From: Camelus ferus
Taxonomy: Eukaryota
Assembly (NCBI RefSeq): GCF_009834535.1
Contig: NC_045697.1
Span: 75,890,001-75,954,000 of the forward strand
DNA: 64,000 nt
Reading direction: 5' to 3'
Shown here: piece after piece, positions 26,786 through 41,000 of the stretch
Layout: every line of letters starts with the position of its first letter
Numbering within the stretch: position 1 is the first letter of the stretch
Notes under the pieces: model-generated
What the model was told of the DNA's origin: nothing
Database searches by the model: none
Seen by the model: only the letters and a program-made list of their open reading frames with translations
Program-made: the position numbers and the translations under genes

Positions 26786-26938
26786 GTGATATTATATGTT
26801 ATAAGTGTACAATATAGTGATTCATAGTTTTTAAAGGTTTACTCTATTTATAGTCATTGTAAAATATTGGCTACATTCTCTCTGTTGTACAATATATCCT
26901 TGTACCTTATTTTCTGCCCAATAGTTTGTGCCTCCCAT
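26786..26938 (-). mobile_element. L1 3'UTR fragment
   Basis: 'gtgtacaatatagtgattca...tgtaaaatattggctacattc...tgttgtacaatatatcctt...aatagtttgt'. Confidence 0.7.
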
Positions 26939-27192
26939 TAATTTAGATTCTCAATCTTTCATCAGGAATATATTATCTGATAGAAAACTATATTACCCAT
27001 TGTTCATAAAAGCTTACTGAACAAACATAACTTATTTTCAAAAACAGAAGAAGCCATAAATAATGCCTCAAATGATTCACATAAACTTTGATGGAGTTCA
27101 CTTACTTCGTTTATTTGTTCTAAAAATGTTTGTGGTAGGAATTTGTTAATTAAATTCTAAGACATGATCAGCTGCATTTCCAAAGTTATTTG

Positions 27193-27194
<2 letters not shown>

Positions 27195-27238
<44 letters not shown>
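27195..27238 (+). repeat. (GT)22 microsatellite
   Basis: Directly visible. Confidence 0.98.
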
Positions 27239-27240
<2 letters not shown>

Positions 27241-28687
27241 TGTCTGAAGTTAAAACTGAAATAGTCTGCTGCCCAGGAAAAAACTCCAGTCTAGGATTGC
27301 CAGTCTATTACCAGAGAAATCTAGTCCAATTTGATGCTGTAAATTGTCTGCCTTTAAACATGAATGCTAGAAGAGTAGATAGTTTAACTCTTTAAATCAA
27401 GATACCCAATTTCAGGTTACTTGGGATATTTTTACTTTTTAATTTTAAATATCTTCGAAAAAGCCTTTTTAAACATAGTTTATACAATTTGTATTATATT
27501 ATTACCTAATTTTGAATCTTCACTCACATAACGGTTAGTTGGTATAATGAAGCATAATCCTGATTTGTTTATATCCTTTGGTGTTGGCGCCTGAGCTCAC
27601 TCAATAACTTTCTTAACCATCTCTTGTTATATGGGATATGACCTTCACTTCAACCTTATAAAAGTATTTTCTTCAGTTTTAATATCTTATTTCTTCTCTA
27701 ATTAACCTGAGATCAGAAGCTCTTTGTTAAGATCTTATTTAATTGGCCTCCATCATGGTAGGAAAGGGGATTCTGCATCAGGCCCCCAAAAATAGTCTTC
27801 TCACTCCATTCAGGTGCCTAAATAGTGTATGGAACCTAATGGATGATTCTTCCTTGGATTTATTTCCCTCTTCATGTGACCTGTTCTCACAATCTGATGT
27901 CTAACCACGAGAAATAAAGACATAAGACAGGCCGTTTTTAATTGTAACATGCCAATGACCAGTCATTTAACATAGTTCCTTATTTGAGAATGTGGGAGAG
28001 GTAAGGCTGAAGAAACTGCAGACCACGAGGATTGCTTTAATTCCCATCAAGTGGTAGAGTCTGGTTTAGAACCCCTATCTTAGGATTCTAAAACGTTACC
28101 TTGCAAGTTTGACCATGATGTCGAGTGAACTTTTGTTGTTCATTGTTTTAATAAACTCACATGGACCTGTTAACCCATAAATTACCTACATCAAGCTAAA
28201 TTAAAACACACACAAAAAAATTGTGAAATCTTTGAGGGAGTTGATTTCTCACCCGCAGGGCCCGCCTCATGGTGCTGCTCTGAGCACCAAGAGGAAGCAC
28301 CTAGAGCCTCTGCTGGCTGGTACCCTCTCTATCAGCACATTATTTCACCCTGCTGCTTTTCTTTCTGTGAGAATGGGATTTTTGTTTGCCTTCTTTAACT
28401 GTCTTTGGTGAAATCACTAACATTTCTTTTTATATAATGATATTTTTTATACGTCTGGGAAATCTGAAAAATAATGAGGTTGTATTAAATGAGAACTGAA
28501 ACCCAAAGTTGCTAAATTACCTACCCAGGATTAGTCACAGCTGGTTTGTGGCCAAATGGAGATAAAGATTCTGGTTTCTTAACTTCTGATCCAGGGCCTT
28601 GCCATGACACTAGTAGCTTTTAAACTTTCTTAGCCATTGAACCCATATTTCAGATGAGATTTTGGGTAACCCCTCCAAAAGAGACAT

Positions 28688-28785
28688 CTTTGGTTTGTTT
28701 GTTTTTAATAGAGGTACTGGGGATTGAACCAAGGACCTTGTGCTTGCTAAGCATGTGCTCTATCACTGAGCTATACCTCCTCCTC
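28688..28785 (-). mobile_element. tRNA-Ala-derived SINE (short form)
   Basis: 'gaggtactggggattgaaccaaggaccttgtgcttgctaagcatgtgctctatcactgagctatacc'; imperfect TSD cc(c/t)tccaaaa(g/t)aga. Confidence 0.92.
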
Positions 28786-29289
28786 CCTTCCAAAATAGAA
28801 AGAAAAGCGGAACTTCTCTAGTTGAAGCAAGAAGGGGGCTGGAGTCATGTCCGCAAGGTCTCATTGAGACACTGCACTTCTTTCTTCTCAGCATGATTCA
28901 CAACACAGATAAAGGGTGTGGCCCCTCTCTCATCCCCCAACGTCCTTAGCACAATGGACTAAATCTGATCTAAGCCTACTTTGCTGGATCTTTTCTGTCC
29001 CCTGTATGTAAAAGTGAATACACATGGAAAAGTTGACCAAGTCCAGGAGTCACAGCTGTAAAGGAAATGTCAGGTCTTCCCTGTTGACTCTGGAACATTT
29101 TTACTGTGTGTCAAGAGGAAGCAACAGAAGAGATCTGGCTATGAAAGTCTGCTGATCTCCAGCGCTGGTTCTTCTGATTTAGCAGGAGCATGCTATCTTG
29201 TTTCTTTTCCTTCGCTGTAAGAATTCAACCTGAAGCTGTGTGCTAGTTTGTAGATTTTCCCCCGAAGAGTGGTAGAATGACATACTGAA

Positions 29290-29490
29290 TCAGAGCCACC
29301 AAAGTATCAAATGCTGGCTCCACCATTTACTAGCTGGTGACCTTGGGCAATTTTACTTAACCTCTCTGTGCTCATCTCTGAAATGTGGGTAATAATCATG
29401 TCTACCTCATAGAGTTGTGTTGAAGATTTAATAAGACAAAGCATTTAGAACAGTGTTTGGCAATGGTAAATACTATATGAGTGTTAACTT
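29290..29490 (+). mobile_element. MIR SINE
   Basis: Core 'tttactagctggtgaccttgggcaattttacttaacctctctgtgc...tctacctcatagagttg'. Confidence 0.85.
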
Positions 29491-30864
29491 ATTCTTAAGT
29501 CTAGGCTGTACACATTTAAATCATTATAGGATGCAGATTCAAAAAACTTTAAACACTTGAATATTCTAATCTAGTGTTGATAACTAAAAATGTATATTTT
29601 TTTTCTTGTTAGACTATAGCACAATAATGGTAGATCCCAATTAACTTTGTACGATCATGTGTTGATAAAATTGTTTAAAGTATACATTTGTAAATACTTT
29701 TCAAAAAAAAAAAAGCTTTTCTAAAGTAACTACAAAGCTCAAAATACAATAATCAATTGGCTTCACAACATAAATTAGATTTGTTAAGGCCCCAGAGAAA
29801 TGTTCTTTTCTACCTAGTTATTATGAATGGTCTTACTTTTGTAGATGAGGAAAGCTATACACAGTGGCCAACCAGTATTTCCTAGGAAACTTTCTGACAG
29901 TTGATCTTTAAACATAGGTTTCTGATTGCACTTTGGTGAAAATCTCTGCAAAGAAATTCTGTCTATTTAGCTGGTTATTTATTGACATACAGTAATGCCC
30001 TTGATGAGTGAGTGCATTTTTGTTTTTAAGAGTTGGTGCCACTCTCAGAAGAAAATGAAGAAACTATCTGCTCTAGTAACAGTAGGATTCCAAAACTGGC
30101 TTTAGAGTTAGGGTCTTCTTTTGCCCACCAGCTCTTTTGTCCCTGTCGCTACCACACCCAGATACTTGCCAAATATCTAATTCATATTTGAAAGCCTCAT
30201 GATTATTAATTTATAGTATTTAAATGAGTTTGTGGATTTTCTTACTATTGAAATCTCTGCACTAGTCTGATTTGCACCTATAGAACACCATTTTTATAAG
30301 AGATCTGTATAATAATTGTGCATGAATATATAGTCAAAAAGCAAAGACTGGTGACCATACCATGAAAATGTAGGACACCAGGCACCCCAGAGGGGAAGGG
30401 TGGTTTTTAACAAGTTGGAAGTTATAAATTGGCATTTGTTTTTCAATGGGGATTTGGGGAAAGAGGACTCTAGGTTTTGTTACCTCCCCAGGCAGTGGGT
30501 GCTGTGTTTGACAATTTGTTTCTGGGTCCAGGAGTTGTAGCAGGAAAGGTTTCTTGGAGAAAGTGACATCTAAGCTGGGACCTGAGCAGAAGAGGCAGGC
30601 ATGTAAGCAAGAAGGCGGGGGCGAGAGGAGGTTTGGGCTGCTGAAAAACTCTATGAAAAGGCCTGATAAGAGCGGAAAATGCATGTGATGGGGACAGAAG
30701 TTAAGTAACTATGCCTAGAAGCACAGGATGAAGGGAAAGGGAAAAAATGAGTCTCCAGTTGAGCCCGGAAGGAAGCCGAGGCCAGATTTCAAAGGTCCTT
30801 GTAAGCAGTGTCACCCGTCAGAAGGACACACCATCTGGAGGAAAAACTAAGGTAATTGGGAAAA

Positions 30865-31140
30865 GGTGATCTGACTGGATATTTGTTACTAAGGAAATAA
30901 TGTTAATTTTGTTTAGCTGTAATGACATTAGTGTTTTTTATTTTTTTTTTTAAAGAGTGCCTTGAAGAGGCATACTGAAATATTTACAAGTTTACAAATA
31001 AGATGTTTGGGATTGTTTCAGAAAGACTCAGGGTAGAAGACAGATAAAATAGATTTCCCATGATGATCGTTGTAGCTGATGAGATTTGCTGTGCTATTCT
31101 CTGTACTTTCAATATAACATTTGAAATTTTCTATTATAAG
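30865..31140 (+). mobile_element. Old L1MC-like 3' fragment
   Basis: 'gactggatatttg...catactgaaatatttaca...tgggattg...tttgaaattttc'. Confidence 0.55.
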
Positions 31141-31223
31141 TTGTTTTTTTTTTTGTAAGTCAAAGTAACCAATGGACTTATGGCCACAGAGAGCCATTTA
31201 GGGGCTTTAGAAGAAGCAGTCAG

Positions 31224-31338
31224 TAAAAAACAAGTTTCTTCTGTATAGCACAGGGAACTACATTCAGTATCTTGTAATAACCTTTAATGAAAATAAATAT
31301 GAAAACAAATATATGTATGTATATGCATGACGGGGCCA
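31224..31338 (+). mobile_element. L1 3'UTR fragment with no poly(A) tail
   Basis: Near-identical to 670-770 ('tttcttctgtatagcacagggaactacattcagtatcttgtaataacctttaatgaaaa...atatgcatgac'). Confidence 0.85.
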
Positions 31339-34029
31339 ACAAGAAGCCAGTAGACCAGGAAATGGACCAGGAACAAAACCAGAGCGGGAGGGAATGCTGC
31401 ATTAAGTACTTGATCATCAGTCCTTTCCCCCCAGTGGTTGTGGTGCTTCATTTTCTCCTTGTACAAGATTATTCATGACTTCATGTCTTCTTAGTGACCT
31501 GTTTTGTATTATTCATTTCCTCATAATTTCACTTTGTATTCAGTAGTACAAAATACTAGAGTATCCCATATTCCTAGGACTGCATAAACTTTCTTTTTAG
31601 TAAAAAAATAAATTTTTTGTATCTTTTTGGTGGATGGATTTAATCCATTAAAAATGTGTTGTGGCTACTGACATGTTTGGATTAAGTCATGCCCTCTGTA
31701 AGGAAGGGTGTTTGTGAGCTAGAGAAAGCAGAGTTACATAGATAGATGGAGAATTAAATTGGACAGGACTTGGGGTGATTGTCAAGAAAGCAGAGGAGGG
31801 ACTTTGAAGCTGAGATAATAGCTAAGATTTTATTTACCCTCTAAATAACCCCCATTGCATACAATGGAATTCACTCATTTCATTTAAAGATACTGCCCAT
31901 CAGCCCATCATCCTTTCTGACATTCGTAAGATGTGCCTCTGAAGTACAGAGACATATTAACCAGAATGTCATTTTTGGTCTTGTCATCAGTACAAGCTTT
32001 GGAAATGGGCTCACAATATTCTGATATCTTTAATACTGCAGATTATGCTACAGGAGATGTTAGAAGAAAAAAAAAACCAAATCAAAAACAAAAAACTTCT
32101 GGGCTGTAAATTTTATTTAAATTTCTTGGAAAATGCAGGGGGCTTTTTGTGTTTTTTTTCTTAATACACGTTTTTGATAGCATGTTTTGGAAAAAAAAAG
32201 TTTCAAGTGAGTATTTCTGGTCAAATACTTTTTTTTAAAATGTAGTATCATCAATGAAAATTACATTTAATGGAAATAAGATTAAATATGGAATTACATC
32301 TTTTAGCTTCCTGATGCTAATTGAACATTGAGAGTTTATAGCATTTCCTGACTACCTCTTGGCTTGATGTTCAGGTTTGGAGACAGTGCTTTTAATCATC
32401 CTGTGTTTTTCTAAACCTGCTTCACTCTGTAGAAAACAGTTTCTGACCATAGTTTACTCCCAAGAATAGACCAGTGCTAAACAGAATAGAGTAACTACTT
32501 CACTGATGTTCTATTCATTACTGATTTGTGGAGCTTGGCATTTTACAAGTCTATTAAAAAGGACTATTCTACTTTTTTAAAATTTTGTTTTCAGTTTTCA
32601 TCTGTATACCCTAGCCTTTTAAAATTCCCAAGATATATAGTATGTGTGTATCCTCCATTGTTATGTTCATTATTTGAATTTTCTTTTCACTTTTACATCT
32701 ATGTAGTATAGTTTACTAAACTTCAAATGTTATTTCTTCTTGAATTTATAAAAGTTGTTTTTATTGCTCTTTGGTCTTTTTAAATGGCTTCTGGGTGGCT
32801 GGGAGGGGGTGGGAGTTACTTAATCAAAAACCTCTCCAGGATAGGCGCCTTCTCTTCTGCTACCCTCCTGAGCCCTTAGAGCTGGATTCCACGTGGAACG
32901 GGATGCCAGAAATCATCTCCGTTCTGCCTGGCCGGCCATTCACTTGCCTCACCCTCCAGGCGGTGAGTCCAGCATTTATTATATGTCTAGCCCTGGAGTA
33001 TTGCTTATCTTGGGTTTGGTCGCTCTGTTTCATTAAACTCAGGGTACAGCTTTTGCAGTTTTCTGTATCTCTATTTTCTATCCTACCTATTTAACATAAA
33101 ATAATACAACCTCTGCATCAAAAGTCAAGTTGAATACTGAATCCTTATTAGACATTTGATAGCTTTAACTCTTCTGCCCCCACATAATATCTGTTTTTAT
33201 TCTTCCTGTGTTTATAATATTGTATCTTTAACCTTTTCTTAAAAGCCTCATGTGGGTTAAACATTTCTTATAAGACTGCACTGGGGTGATCAATTTTTAA
33301 AAAGTCCATTATGGCCAGTATAATCAGAATGCTGTACATGTACACACATTAATCGATTAGAAATGGAAAAGAACTCAAAGGCAAAAATCCACAGTTAAGC
33401 TGTGGGAGCATTTTTAGTGGAATCCAGTTTTAGTTTAAAAGAAGTTATATTTGCGCAGGTTTCTGGAAGCTATTTACTGTGATTCAGTCTCGGCAGGTGG
33501 GAACATAGATGTTCTTGATATTCTCTTGCCTTGATGGTGTACTGATTTTTTTTTTTTCTGATAATGAGATTTCACTTAAAAATTTTAAACAGTGTTGCCT
33601 CATAAGCCTGGTGATCCTAATTTGAATAGCCCTCCTGCTTGATTTTCCTTCATTGCACTGTAAGTCTTTTTCTTGTTGTAGTAGGACACCAGCAGTATGT
33701 AAACCCCATGAGAGAAGGGACTTTTCTATGTACTCACTAAATATTGTTGAGTCAATAATTATCTTTGCTTTTAGGCTGCTTATTTATTTTTTCAGTACAA
33801 AAAGGTAAAAAGTGGAGCAAATGATCCATGTAATATCACTTTTCCAGGAACCATGTTTATTTATTTATATATAGCCCAATTTTCTCCCACACTAAAGAAT
33901 TGTGCTACATACACCGTTTTGTAACTTCTTCGCCTAACATTGTATGATAGTATGATGGTATTTTATTGTACAAATAATGTTAGAATGTAACTAGTCCCAT
34001 CTTGATGGACAGTGTGGTTTCAGTCTTAT

Positions 34030-34360
34030 AGGTCCAGAATCACTTACCTGCAGTTTCAAAACCTAAACTTCTAAAAATAAAAGGCCGTTTGTCCTTCCTT
34101 CCCCCATCCCTCCGTGCCCTCCTCTAATTCTTGGTGTCAGAAACTGGTTGAACTGACCAAAAGTTCTTTATAGTTTTTATTCACCCAACTTAGTGTGAAT
34201 ATATCTACATCTCATTCAGAGATATTAATATTTGAATATCTGATGTTTCCCAGATCCATCAAGGTGGTAGTGGTGAGTTGTGCGACCTAATATAGATTTT
34301 TGAAATCTAAAGTTCTGAACTGTAAAATGTATCTGTTGCCAAAAGATTCTGATGATTGTA
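34030..34360. mobile_element. Possible TcMar-Tigger remnant
   Basis: Begins 'ta-taggtccagaatcactta', internal 'caacttagtgtgaatat', ends 'gattgta'; resemblance from memory only. Confidence 0.4.
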
Positions 34361-34876
34361 TTTGGAAAATAATTCACAGGTACTTATCCAAGTATCTTTA
34401 GATAAATCCCTAGTAGTAATTCACAGTGGGTAACATATAGCTTTTGAAATTAGGGAGAAAAATACTAATATAAAAAAATTTTAAGAGGATATGGAACCAG
34501 AATTTTGGAGTACCTGGGATTGTTATTTGGTAATGTTTTTATGGATTTTTGCAAGATTAATTAGTGTTTAATTAGTGTTTCCAATAATTCTTTCCACTTA
34601 AATAATTTTTATATATAGTGTATATATACTCCTTTAAAGCTATAATTTATTTAACTGATCATTTGGTGATTTTAGGTTATTTCTGCCATCTTGGTTGCCA
34701 CAGAGTACAGAGGACAGAAACTCTCAGCTGATAATGAGTACAATAAAACAAATATATACGAAATATCCAGAAAAAATGTTTTTGAAAATGCGTAAATACA
34801 CAAGCTTACTAAAACATCCACGGTGCATGAAAATTACCTATATTCACGAAAGAGGACTTGCAGATTCGCATTTTTG

Positions 34877-35010
34877 TTTGTTTGTGGTTGTCTTTTTTTT
34901 TTTTTTTTTCTTTATTTTTTCCTTCCCTTAAAGGAGGCACTGGAGATTGAACCCAGGACTTCGTGCACACTAAGTGCATGCTCTACCACTGAGTTCTATC
35001 CCCCACCCCA
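34877..35010 (-). mobile_element. tRNA-Ala-derived SINE (short form, long tail)
   Basis: 'gattgaacccaggacttcgtgcacactaagtgcatgctctaccactgag'; 16-bp TSD cagatt(c/t)gcatttttg at 34861-34876 and 35011-35026. Confidence 0.93.
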
Positions 35011-38000
35011 CAGATTTGCATTTTTGACTGAATTGTCTTCTCCATCTAAATCAGATCTGGCCTCATTCTCTTCTCTTTAGCAGCTGGTTTTGCCCAAGGG
35101 AAACAGCAGCAAATAAGTGGTTTCTTTTTGTGAAATAATGAGTGACATCCATTATGTGGCAATTTATAAAGCAGTCTTCATCCTTCTTGCAAATAAACCC
35201 TGCAGAAGACATCACACCTTATACAACAAAGTCTCCTTTTGAAAGTTGACACTATGTAAAGACTAATTTAATTGTCTCTGTACTTGAAGTTAGGGCTGTA
35301 CTATCCAAATAGTTACCTGTTTTACCAGGCTTTCTCAAAAGCAGCAATAATGCAGACTTATCCAAAACACAACATTCTAGACATACATTTTTTTTTTATT
35401 GCAGTTAATGGAGGCTGAGTGGAGACATGAAATAAACAGATTTCTGTTGATAAATGCTTCTTGTGAAATAAAGCAACAACTATACATGGTTTCCAATACT
35501 TTTTTAGCTATAAAATAACACACTTGTAATGAAAATATTTTTAAATGCAGACTGTATACAATGTAGGAAGGAAAAAAATCTCATACTCCTACCACTTGAA
35601 CAACTATTCTTAATATGTTAGTGTACTTGTGCCCTGGCTTTTCTGTACATGCATTTTTTACATACTTGAAGTTGTTCAAAACAAAATACCTTTTTAAGAA
35701 CAGAAGCACATTTTCCCTATTAACTCTGTCAATACTTTCATAGTTAAAATAACCATTAGCATTTTCCTGATTGTCAGGATGATTAATGTGGAAAATTAGA
35801 AAATACAATCCAGAATAAAGAAAAAAATTTAAATCACCCATAAATGCAAGCAGTGTTAATATTTGGTTTATTTTCTTCAGAGTTTAAAAAATATATGTGT
35901 TAAGATCTTTACATTGCTGAAATCATACTGTAATTTACTCACCGTTAAAATCTTAAACATAATTTTTATAAACTATTTGAAAATACAATTGTATCTAGAT
36001 ATATGGGTGAATACTTTTATTGCAGAAAATTTGAAGAAAATAGGAAAGTACCAAAGAAAACAAAAATAATTGGTAAATCCCACCACCAGCATTAACACCT
36101 TATATTCTTGTTGGTATATTTATTAACTTTTTTTTTAAAATTTCATACATGTGCATTTTTGAACAGTAAGTGCTGTTTTTTAAACAGTAAGTTCAATGTA
36201 TTTCATGGATGCTTCAAAATGTCTACTATAGACATTTAGATTGTTTTAATGTTTCACCAAATATGTATTCGGATAATGTTTCTTTCTGTATTTAAAATTT
36301 GTTCCAAAATAAATTCTCAATAGTAAACTTAATATGTCAAGAAGCATAAGCATTTTTAAAGCTCATCATGTGTTTAAAAAGAGATTTTCCAAAAAAATTA
36401 TAACAATTTATGATCCTACCAGCAATTCATCATAGCTTTTATGCATCTTTCTGATTACAGCTTAAATTACATTCTGATGGGCTTTGTTTCAAGGTAAAAC
36501 TTTCCAGTGTTCTTATCCGTGAGTTACAATAGGGTAGGAGCTTGCTTATGTAATTTGTCAGTGAGACATTCTGTAGGAAGTTTTTGTTATTAGTAATTAG
36601 GAGGCATTTAGTCACAGGAACCCTTTTACTTAGGATTTGTCAGAGGAGGTGCAGGGGAAATCAGCTCCAAGTAGAAAGTAAGGAAATGAGTTCTGGCTAT
36701 GAGACAGAGCCACAGCAATTTTATGCTCTACTTCTGTTTCCTTTCCAGCCCATTCTTCACTCACCACATAGGTATCCCACCAAAAATCATTCTCTATTTC
36801 CTCCTGCCTCTTTCCAGGTTCTCCCAGTGCTTTTAATGGTGGACTTCAGGGGTTCGGTTCGTGAAATGATCTGCCCTTACTACAAAGAACATGAGAATGA
36901 AAAGCTGACTTAACGTGCAAAGAAAGATGAGCTCCACATGAAAGCCTTGATTAAATAATCATAATTATAATGCATTTTATATATTTATATGGAATCTATT
37001 TATATTTTTTGTAATTATGGTACATTATGCATTTGTTTATTTACATGTAATGGCTAGTAATCATTTCTGCTAAATAGACTATCTGACTTTCATGTGCTAA
37101 ATTAATTTTAATTGTGGTTGTGTTTACTAGTGCTAAGGTAGAAATGTTTCAGTAAAGGTAGACTCTCAAAACTATGTTGTTGTGTAACAGCTCCAACCCC
37201 CAGTCCCTACCATAGTTTTGGTTCTCCATCCAAATTCTTGGGGGCCCCCTGGTTTTGATTCTGATGACAAGGATTGGTGCTCACCTCCAGTGCCTCTCTG
37301 CACTTCCCAAGCTCTAAGTGCCCTTGCACAGAATGCGTCTTCCTTTGGGCCCTATGAGCCATTTACGTGCAGCAGTAGTATCTGTTTTTTCCCATATATT
37401 CTTTCTCTTTAAGGGTTCCTTATAAAAACCCTGACTCTTGTTCTGTTATGCCTTTTCTTTCTCAAGTCTTTTCCCTCTTTTTCTAATTATCTCCTGGAGG
37501 GACAGCATAGGTGTATTGGAATTAAGTTCCTCATGTTGTGGTATTCCTAAAAGAAATACAAAATAGAAGCTGGGTATCCTGTTCTAGATTTTTGCTTAGG
37601 GGGAATGGGCAGTTGGCTAAGGGTCACTAGGAAATTAACAGTGTGCAAATAGTCACTCTAAAGTCTGTTATACCAACAGCCACCTCCGCTTTGCAGTGGA
37701 GTGTTCAGGCTCCATCCTTCACGTTGAGTAGAGCAGGCAACAAAAGACACATTTGTTTATCAGAAACCTTGCTTTGCAACTTTGTGAACCAGCACAGTTG
37801 GTCACAAAAGGAAATAAAATTCTTGAGTGAGCTGTTCTCCTTGTTTGGAGAGAGAAATGTGTCAAAACATTTTGACACAGCTGAGGGTTGCTGGAGCATT
37901 TGCTCTTGCTGAAGACATTGGAGTTTAGTTCTCATTTTCCCTAGCAGACCATATGTCTGTTGACTATTATTCTGAATATCCAGATATTCACTAATATTTC

Positions 38001-41000
38001 CTAAAATAATATTTAAATATTGTGGTATATAAACCAAATTTCTTTATTTCCTTCAAATGAATTTTTAACATACAAACTTTCTGGTGAGATTATAGAAAAG
38101 GACAATTTGTGACAGTTTTCTTCTTTTCCTTAATTTATTAGGATAAGTGAAAATTCAGTAATAGGTATTTCATAGGTCTGCTTCAAGTAGCAATATAACA
38201 CACTTGCATTCCTTAAAATTGTTAAAATGGCATTCTGTTAGGCTCAAGATTTTGATCTTTTCAGTTGCTCTTTTGCTGCCTCTCCTCTACATGTGTCATT
38301 CCTTGTGTTGGAGTTATTTGCAGAAACCAAAGCCCAGATTGGAAGCATTGGTCAAATAAGTGCCTTTGAGAAAGAAAGAATTTATTTAAATACAACACAG
38401 AAGTTTAAGTTCTGGGAGAAACTAGAGCCAAATATAGTGACCTTAATGGCTTTGGGGAAGTTATTGCTTTTTATAGCCTCATACCATTTGAAAGCCATAG
38501 CTTATTCAGCCAGTCATGCAGAAGAACCTTTCTGTGGTTGGCATAAGAGAATGAGAAAGGGAGGCTTTTTACAGACCTCTCTAGGTCTTCTATGCTTGCT
38601 TTCCTTTCCAGTTTTTTCCCTTTCCTTATATGAAACCGTGCTCTGCCTTGAAGATGCCAGCTGGGCTGCAGCACAGGACTTTAAGATGCAAAGAGTTGTC
38701 CAGCCTTCCTGCTCTCCACTTGCCTTTCCCCTCTACCCGAGCCTGGAGAACACCATACCTAAACTGCAACTAGCAGATGAGACTAACCTGTGATGGTGCA
38801 GTTTCTAGAACCTTCCTTCTTAAGTTTTCAGTGTTTAATTCTTGCTAACAGGAAATGCTCCTCTTAATCTCTTAGGCTGAATTGAGCTATTTCTTGAATG
38901 TGTTTTGTTGGCATGGAGTACTAAGCAGAAATATAACAAGTAACCCATTGTATTTTAAATACATACCAGAATGCCTAATTCTAGATTTTAGAATTCTACA
39001 AGGAAACTGTATCAAAGTGTACTTAGGTGTCATTTCGACAGCAGCACTGGGGATTGAGTAAACTTCCTGTTCTTAGGCATCTGCCTCTGCTTCTGACTAT
39101 GAAATGGACTGACCACAAGCCCTAGGTTCCGTGTTTCTCATTCAGTGTTTCTCCTAGAGTCTCGCCTTTGCCTCCACACTAGAGCAGGATTACTTAACTC
39201 CTTCTACAGATTCTTGCTTAAAGGTGATTTCACTCAAATCTCAAAAGAAAGCGTTAATATTCTCTTCTAATGCACTAGTAAACAGCAGAGTTTCAAGATG
39301 TCGTTTTTTAAGGTCGCCTGCTTACAGTATTCTATGCAAACTTTTGAAATTGTATAAAATATACACAGGGTTTGGTCACCATATGGTAGAGGGAGAAATC
39401 AGTCGGTGTATTTTTAAATAATCTGAAAGGCGTGTAGTACAGGAGCTTTATTAAAGTAAATAATTATTAAATTTTAAAAAAGTTCTTTTTTCCTTCTCAT
39501 TTCTTCTCATGGTTTTCCTGTAATAAGATACCATGCTTCCAAATCTAGAAAACATTTTGTTGTTGATGAAGAACAACACTGTTGACTTTGTAATCTACTT
39601 ATTTACTTAGAATGAGATCTTTAATATAGTTTAGAAAATGTTGTGTGCTTTGGAGATACAATGTTAAGCTATTAGACCCCATTTCTGTTTTTCTCTTGTT
39701 CTTAGACCAGCCACTGTTAGGAGAAAATGTAGGCTCCACTATCAGACTTAAATATCTTTTAATAATTTACTAAACAGAGTGGGTTTTATTTTTTAAATTA
39801 TTGTTTTCAGAAACCTCTCACTTAAGTATGTAATCTGTGCAGACTCCTATTACAGAGTAAGGAATTAAAACCTGTGGGAATCAGTTTCTAGGTATATAAA
39901 TCTTTAGGGTATATAAGGAAAGCTAGGAATGGAGAAGCAGATAATTATCACTGTTGTTCAGTTAGGCTGTTAGATTTAACCTTTCTGATAAAGCCCCCTG
40001 GGTGTTTCTGCTAAACAGGTGCTGGCGGGTTTTGTTTGACCATTAAACACGGAGCAGTTCGTGCCACTTAATGCTGGATGATTCTGTGACCAAACACCTG
40101 TCCTGCAGGGCTTCTCGTGAATTAACAGAATTACAGTTCAGGTCGTTAAAAGTACAAATGTCTGTTTGAATTATCGGGGACTTCTTTTGCTCGCCTGCTA
40201 AAGTAGAAATAAGCCTTTTAACACAAACACCTTTTTCTCTGAGGTCACAGGTTTATCATACTTCCCTGGCTGTAAATTCATAAAGGAGCAGGAAGGAGAA
40301 AAATCCAGTCTTGTTCTTTCCTCTCAATGCTGAAAACACCTAGATGAAGGAGGAGGGAGCCACCAGGAAAGCCCAGCCACCTCCACCCTCCAGAAATTCT
40401 CTAAGCTGCTAGATGTATCAGGAATGGAGGTGGGGAAAGGGGTTTGGGGGGAGTGTAACCCAGTATCTGAGGAAAAGTGCGTGATGTTCCCCCGCTCTAC
40501 TCCATAACTCTGAGAACCTCTGATGTAGAATATATCCCAAAGAAATATAAAGAATTGTTTTAAATATTCCCTCATCTTTGACCTTGTTTTACAGCCCTCT
40601 TCCATTTTTAGAGTCCCTATCTTCAGGGTCCCATCTGTCTGTCTGTCTGTCTTCTTATCTAGTCTATCCATCAACCGACTCATTCATGTATTTACTCACT
40701 TGTTCATCCATTCCCCTTACCACACGTTCCACATCGCACCAGGGATCGTTACCTTGTCTTTCCCTGTGACTCCTTTCCTCTTTAAGATTCCTCTCCTCCT
40801 GCTGGAAAAGCTTTTGTCCTTTGACCCCGGGGCTGCAGTTTTTACCTTCCAAAATATACTGGAATCAGATCTGAATTCTACAGCCACCAATCAAAAGGAA
40901 GAACAGTTAGGAAATAGAAGCCAACATTGAAAACACCCTGTGAAACATTTTGCACATCAAATTTTAGTAACAGTGCTTTATTCTATCAAACAGTTAAGTC

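Noticed and set aside
38293..38793. 166-aa ORF
   Set aside because: GTG start, no recognisable homology, intronic
39950..40330. Enhancer-like mix of GATA, forkhead and E-box words
   Set aside because: Short motifs only; unsupported without conservation or chromatin data
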